NCBI GenBank assembly: GCA_023150835.1
Contig: JAKLKB010000065.1
Location: forward strand, 1 to 48,837
Origin: Myxococcota bacterium
GTDB lineage: Bacteria > Myxococcota_C > UBA6777
Length of the DNA: 48,837 nucleotides
Reading direction: 5' to 3'
This document shows, piece by piece, positions 45,938-48,837 of this stretch. The notes below the pieces were generated by a model, which saw only the letters and a program-made list of their open reading frames with translations, ran no database searches and was not told the origin of the DNA. Within the stretch, counting starts at the first letter, position 1, and each line of letters starts with the position of its first letter. The position numbers were made by a program, and so were the translations under genes.

Positions 45938-46879
45938 ATGGAGAAGATGCGGCGATGGCGGATGGTTGGGGGGGCGTTGTATTTTGCGTTGCAAGGTGTG
46001 GCGGTGGGGTTGTGGTGGTTTTGGATGGTGCGGGTGCCGTCGGTGCGAGTATATTTTCGGACGAGTCGGTTGAGCGAGGCGGGTTTGATGGACTTTGCGT
46101 GGCCGGATCTACCGTTGTTGATGGGGGGATCGTGGTTGTGTGCGTGGTGGCTGTGGCGTTGTTCGGAAAGCGTGTGGACGCAACGCGCCGTTTGGGTGGT
46201 GGTGGGGGTGGTGTTGTACCCGACGTTGTATGTGGTGGGGGCGACCTTTTGGACGGGAGGAGAAGGGTGGGCAGCGGCGATGGCGATGGGGGCGGCGTCG
46301 TTGGGGACTTGTCTTGCGGCATGGACGGTGCGGTCGGAAGGTGCGTTGTTTCAAGTCGCTCCTGTGCGGCCTGTGTGGGTGAATATGTTGCGAACATTTG
46401 TGCAGACGTGCGTCTTTTGGGGGATATCTTTGTGGATGGCTCCTTGGTTGGTGTGTAAAGCCGAAGCAGCATGGGGGATCTCGCGCTTTCAAACGCCTGC
46501 GCAGGCATGGCTGCCTTGGGTGTTGTTTGCGGGTGTGGGGGTCGCCAATGTCCTGACGGGTCAGATCATGGGGCGTTTTGGAGAGGGAACGCCGCTGCCA
46601 CTTGAAACAGCGCGGATCTTGGTGATTCGAGGGCCGTATCGGGTGGTGCGCAATCCGATGGCGTTGACGGGCCTGTTTTTGGGGGGGATGGTGGGGTGGG
46701 CGCTTGGATCATGGGGGGTCTTGGCGATGGTCGCGCTGGGTGGGGTGTTTTGGCATGTCTTTGTGCGGCCTATCGAAGAAGCCGATCTGTTCGAGCGATT
46801 CGGACAGCCCTTTGCAGATTACCGCGACAGCGTGCGCTGCTGGATTCCAACGTGGCCGCCTTATCCGCCATCTCCGTGA
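45938..46879 (+). CDS. Isoprenylcysteine carboxylmethyltransferase/PEMT family membrane protein
   Basis: GEGTPLP..LVIRGPYRVVRNPM..EEADL..RFG..Y...V..WIP; GAGGAGG SD. Confidence 0.88.
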   Translation: MEKMRRWRMVGGALYFALQGVAVGLWWFWMVRVPSVRVYFRTSRLSEAGLMDFAWPDLPLLMGGSWLCAWWLWRCSESVWTQRAVWVVVGVVLYPTLYVVGATFWTGGEGWAAAMAMGAASLGTCLAAWTVRSEGALFQVAPVRPVWVNMLRTFVQTCVFWGISLWMAPWLVCKAEAAWGISRFQTPAQAWLPWVLFAGVGVANVLTGQIMGRFGEGTPLPLETARILVIRGPYRVVRNPMALTGLFLGGMVGWALGSWGVLAMVALGGVFWHVFVRPIEEADLFERFGQPFADYRDSVRCWIPTWPPYPPSP

Positions 46880-47060
46880 GGCTGTGGGCTTTTTTTACGA
46901 AAGAACCCGCAGCTTGAAACATCTGCAAACACGACAGACGCCTGCAAATGAGGGTGTTTTCGGCGACGCTTCTTTCGCCGGATTCAGGCTGCCTTGCGTC
47001 GCGGGATGTGATCTGATAAAAGCTTTCTTGGTTTCATCTTAGATCGACAACAATTTCGGG

Positions 47061-47180
47061 TACGAGATCCGCACACGGTGTGATCGCAAAACGTAGGGGC
47101 AGCCCGCTGTGGCTGCCCAACCATAGGGCATCTACAGCGGATTACACGACCCTTCGATCTCACATCCTGCGGATCTCGTA
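47061..47180. mobile_element. MITE family B, best-preserved copy (120 bp)
   Basis: Perfect TIR TACGAGATCCGCA / TGCGGATCTCGTA; internal GTAGGGGCAGCCCGCTGTGGCTGCCC. Confidence 0.85.
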
Positions 47181-47260
47181 CGACGCCTGTCCATACCACC
47201 AATCGTGCTCGACAGACCGCACGTTCTTCTTTCCTCTCACCCAAAACAAGGGAGCCAGAC

Positions 47261-48091
47261 ATGACCGAAACCACGTCCGAACACGCCGACTTGCTCACCC
47301 TCAACGATGAGATCCCTGACGATATCGAAGATCAAGAAGCCCCAACCGACGCGATCTCTGCGCTGTCCTCGCTTCAACCCATCCTCGAGCAGATCTCACC
47401 CGAAGACACCAAAACAGGCCGTGTCTCAGGGGCAAAAGTGACCGCGTATTGCGCGAAACTGCAACAAAAAGCCCAAGGCTACGCGGCAGAACTCGACAGT
47501 ACCTTTGTCCACTCCCCTCGCAATTTTATTGAGCAGTTGCTTCCTTGCGCACGCGCTTATTGGGCCGCCCAAAGCGCACTCGAAAGCATCGATCCCTCCG
47601 CCGTCGATCGCAAAAAGCTTTACAAACAAGCCGGTACACTGAAACAGCGTGTTGTTCGCGCTTTGGAGTTTTATGCCGAAGACGATCCGCAGATCCGATT
47701 CGTACTCGAGGTCATCCGCCCCGGTACAGGCTATGTCGATCGCGCCGAAGATCTCCAAAAACTCTATGCGGCCTTGCAGCCTTACCGTGATCAGCTACTC
47801 CAACGGCAGCTTCTTTCGTTCGAAGACATTGAGCGGATACCCAAGCTCGCAGAACAACTCCTCGAACCCAGCACTTCAGAAACCAAGATCAAGGACGCCC
47901 GCCTGTTGCGTGATCGAGCTTGGACTCTCCTTGTCGAAGCCTACAACGAAGTCATGCACCATCTGCGCTTTGTCTTGCGCCACACGCCCACCGAATTCGC
48001 TCGGCTCGGTTCTCTCTTCTTCCCCCCGTCCACCACACGCGCCACCAAGAAACCCACCCCCGTCAACCCTCCTCCTGCGCCTCAAGGCTGA
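47261..48091 (+). CDS. Hypothetical all-alpha protein
   Basis: AAGGGAG SD; 276 aa, helical pattern, RDRAWTLLVEAYNEV motif, Pro-rich tail. Confidence 0.8.
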   Translation: MTETTSEHADLLTLNDEIPDDIEDQEAPTDAISALSSLQPILEQISPEDTKTGRVSGAKVTAYCAKLQQKAQGYAAELDSTFVHSPRNFIEQLLPCARAYWAAQSALESIDPSAVDRKKLYKQAGTLKQRVVRALEFYAEDDPQIRFVLEVIRPGTGYVDRAEDLQKLYAALQPYRDQLLQRQLLSFEDIERIPKLAEQLLEPSTSETKIKDARLLRDRAWTLLVEAYNEVMHHLRFVLRHTPTEFARLGSLFFPPSTTRATKKPTPVNPPPAPQG

Positions 48092-48103
48092 AGCTCTTTG
48101 CCT

Positions 48104-48344
48104 CGTACGGTCGCCAAAGTACTCGGACAGGTTTTTTGGAAGGGTCGTACGGTCGCCAAAGTACTCGGACAGGTTTTTTGGAAGGGTCGTACGGTCGCCA
48201 AAGCCTGTGGGGAGACTTTGATGGAAGGGGCGTACGGTCGCCGAAGCCTGTGGGGAGACTTTGATGGAAGGGGCGTACGGTCGCTAAAGTACTCGGGCAG
48301 GTTTTTTGGAAGGGTCCTACGGTCGCTAAAGTACTCGGACAGGT
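48104..48344. repeat. 42/43-bp composite tandem array x~6 (unit order A A B B A A)
   Basis: Constant GGAAGGG(T/G)CGTACGGTCGC(C/T)AAAG with two alternative 18/19-nt inserts. Confidence 0.92.
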
Positions 48345-48509
48345 GGCTCATGTTGTGTTTTGAGGTCTTTTTCGAAAAACGTGGTATCCTCGGGCTTCAT
48401 GGCTTGTTTGCCCTTGACATGAGAGGTCTCAGAGGAACGTCTCGCGACATGACCGTTGAAGAAAACAACGAAAACTCTCGGGGGTTCGTTTAAAACAGAT
48501 AGCGATGAA

Positions 48510-48837
48510 GAGGTCACCGACGCAACATAGCGAGGGCAGGCACACCTGCCTGCCCCTACAAAACACCGTGTGATTTCCAACACGTAGGGGCCCCCTGTGG
48601 TTGCCCGCGCTGAGAAGTGTTGCCTCTTGATACCTCTCTCATGGCGTTGGTTTGAACGGACCCATTCGAGGTCACCGACGCAACAGATCGAGGGCAGGCA
48701 CACCTGTCTGCCCCCACAAAACACCGTGTGATTTCCAACATGTAGGGGCAACTAGGTGTGGTTGCCCTCGCTGAGAAGTGTTGCATCTTGATACCTCTCT
48801 CATGGCGTTGGTTTGAACGGACCCACGCGAGGTCACC
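48510..48837. repeat. BIME/REPIN-like tandem of ~160-bp units, each with an inverted pair of GTAG-type REP hairpins
   Basis: GAGGTCACC at 48510, 48668, 48829; GGGCAGGCACACCTGCCTGCCCCTAC ... GTAGGGGCCCCCTGTGGTTGCCC. Confidence 0.85.

Noticed and set aside
45488-45994. N-terminal extension of asnS
   Set aside because: Translation of the purine repeat tract; AsnS begins at ATG 45487
48104-48344. Possible CRISPR array
   Set aside because: Inserts are only 18-19 nt and are reused; no cas genes; kept as a non-CRISPR finding

Overview
Bacterial chromosomal segment, most likely Myxococcota (a MYXO-CTERM-like sorting tail, a Ser/Thr kinase, Cys-rich lipoproteins). About 33 protein genes. The most notable content is two unrelated copies of a three-gene module: ECF sigma factor, membrane-anchored anti-sigma-like protein (basic 16-aa repeat linker, x-K-G motif, DUF4384-like periplasmic domain) and an exported caspase-family (C14) protease with a C-terminal beta-barrel-like domain. 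This suggests trans-envelope proteolytic signalling. Also present: an aromatic-carotenoid-type cluster (lycopene cyclase, Rieske protein, UbiE-like methyltransferase, CrtU-like desaturase), two peptidoglycan hydrolases, beta-propeller lipoproteins, an orphan N6-adenine DNA methyltransferase with an internal VNTR, and housekeeping genes (ygfA, tesB, gph, cmoAB, maeB, asnS, Na/Pi cotransporter). Intergenic DNA is packed with at least two MITE/REP-like families (some nested) and with tandem duplications that repeatedly capture gene starts or stops. No rRNA, tRNA, transposase or true CRISPR array was seen. All family calls come from motif recognition by eye, not database searches; several start codons are estimates.
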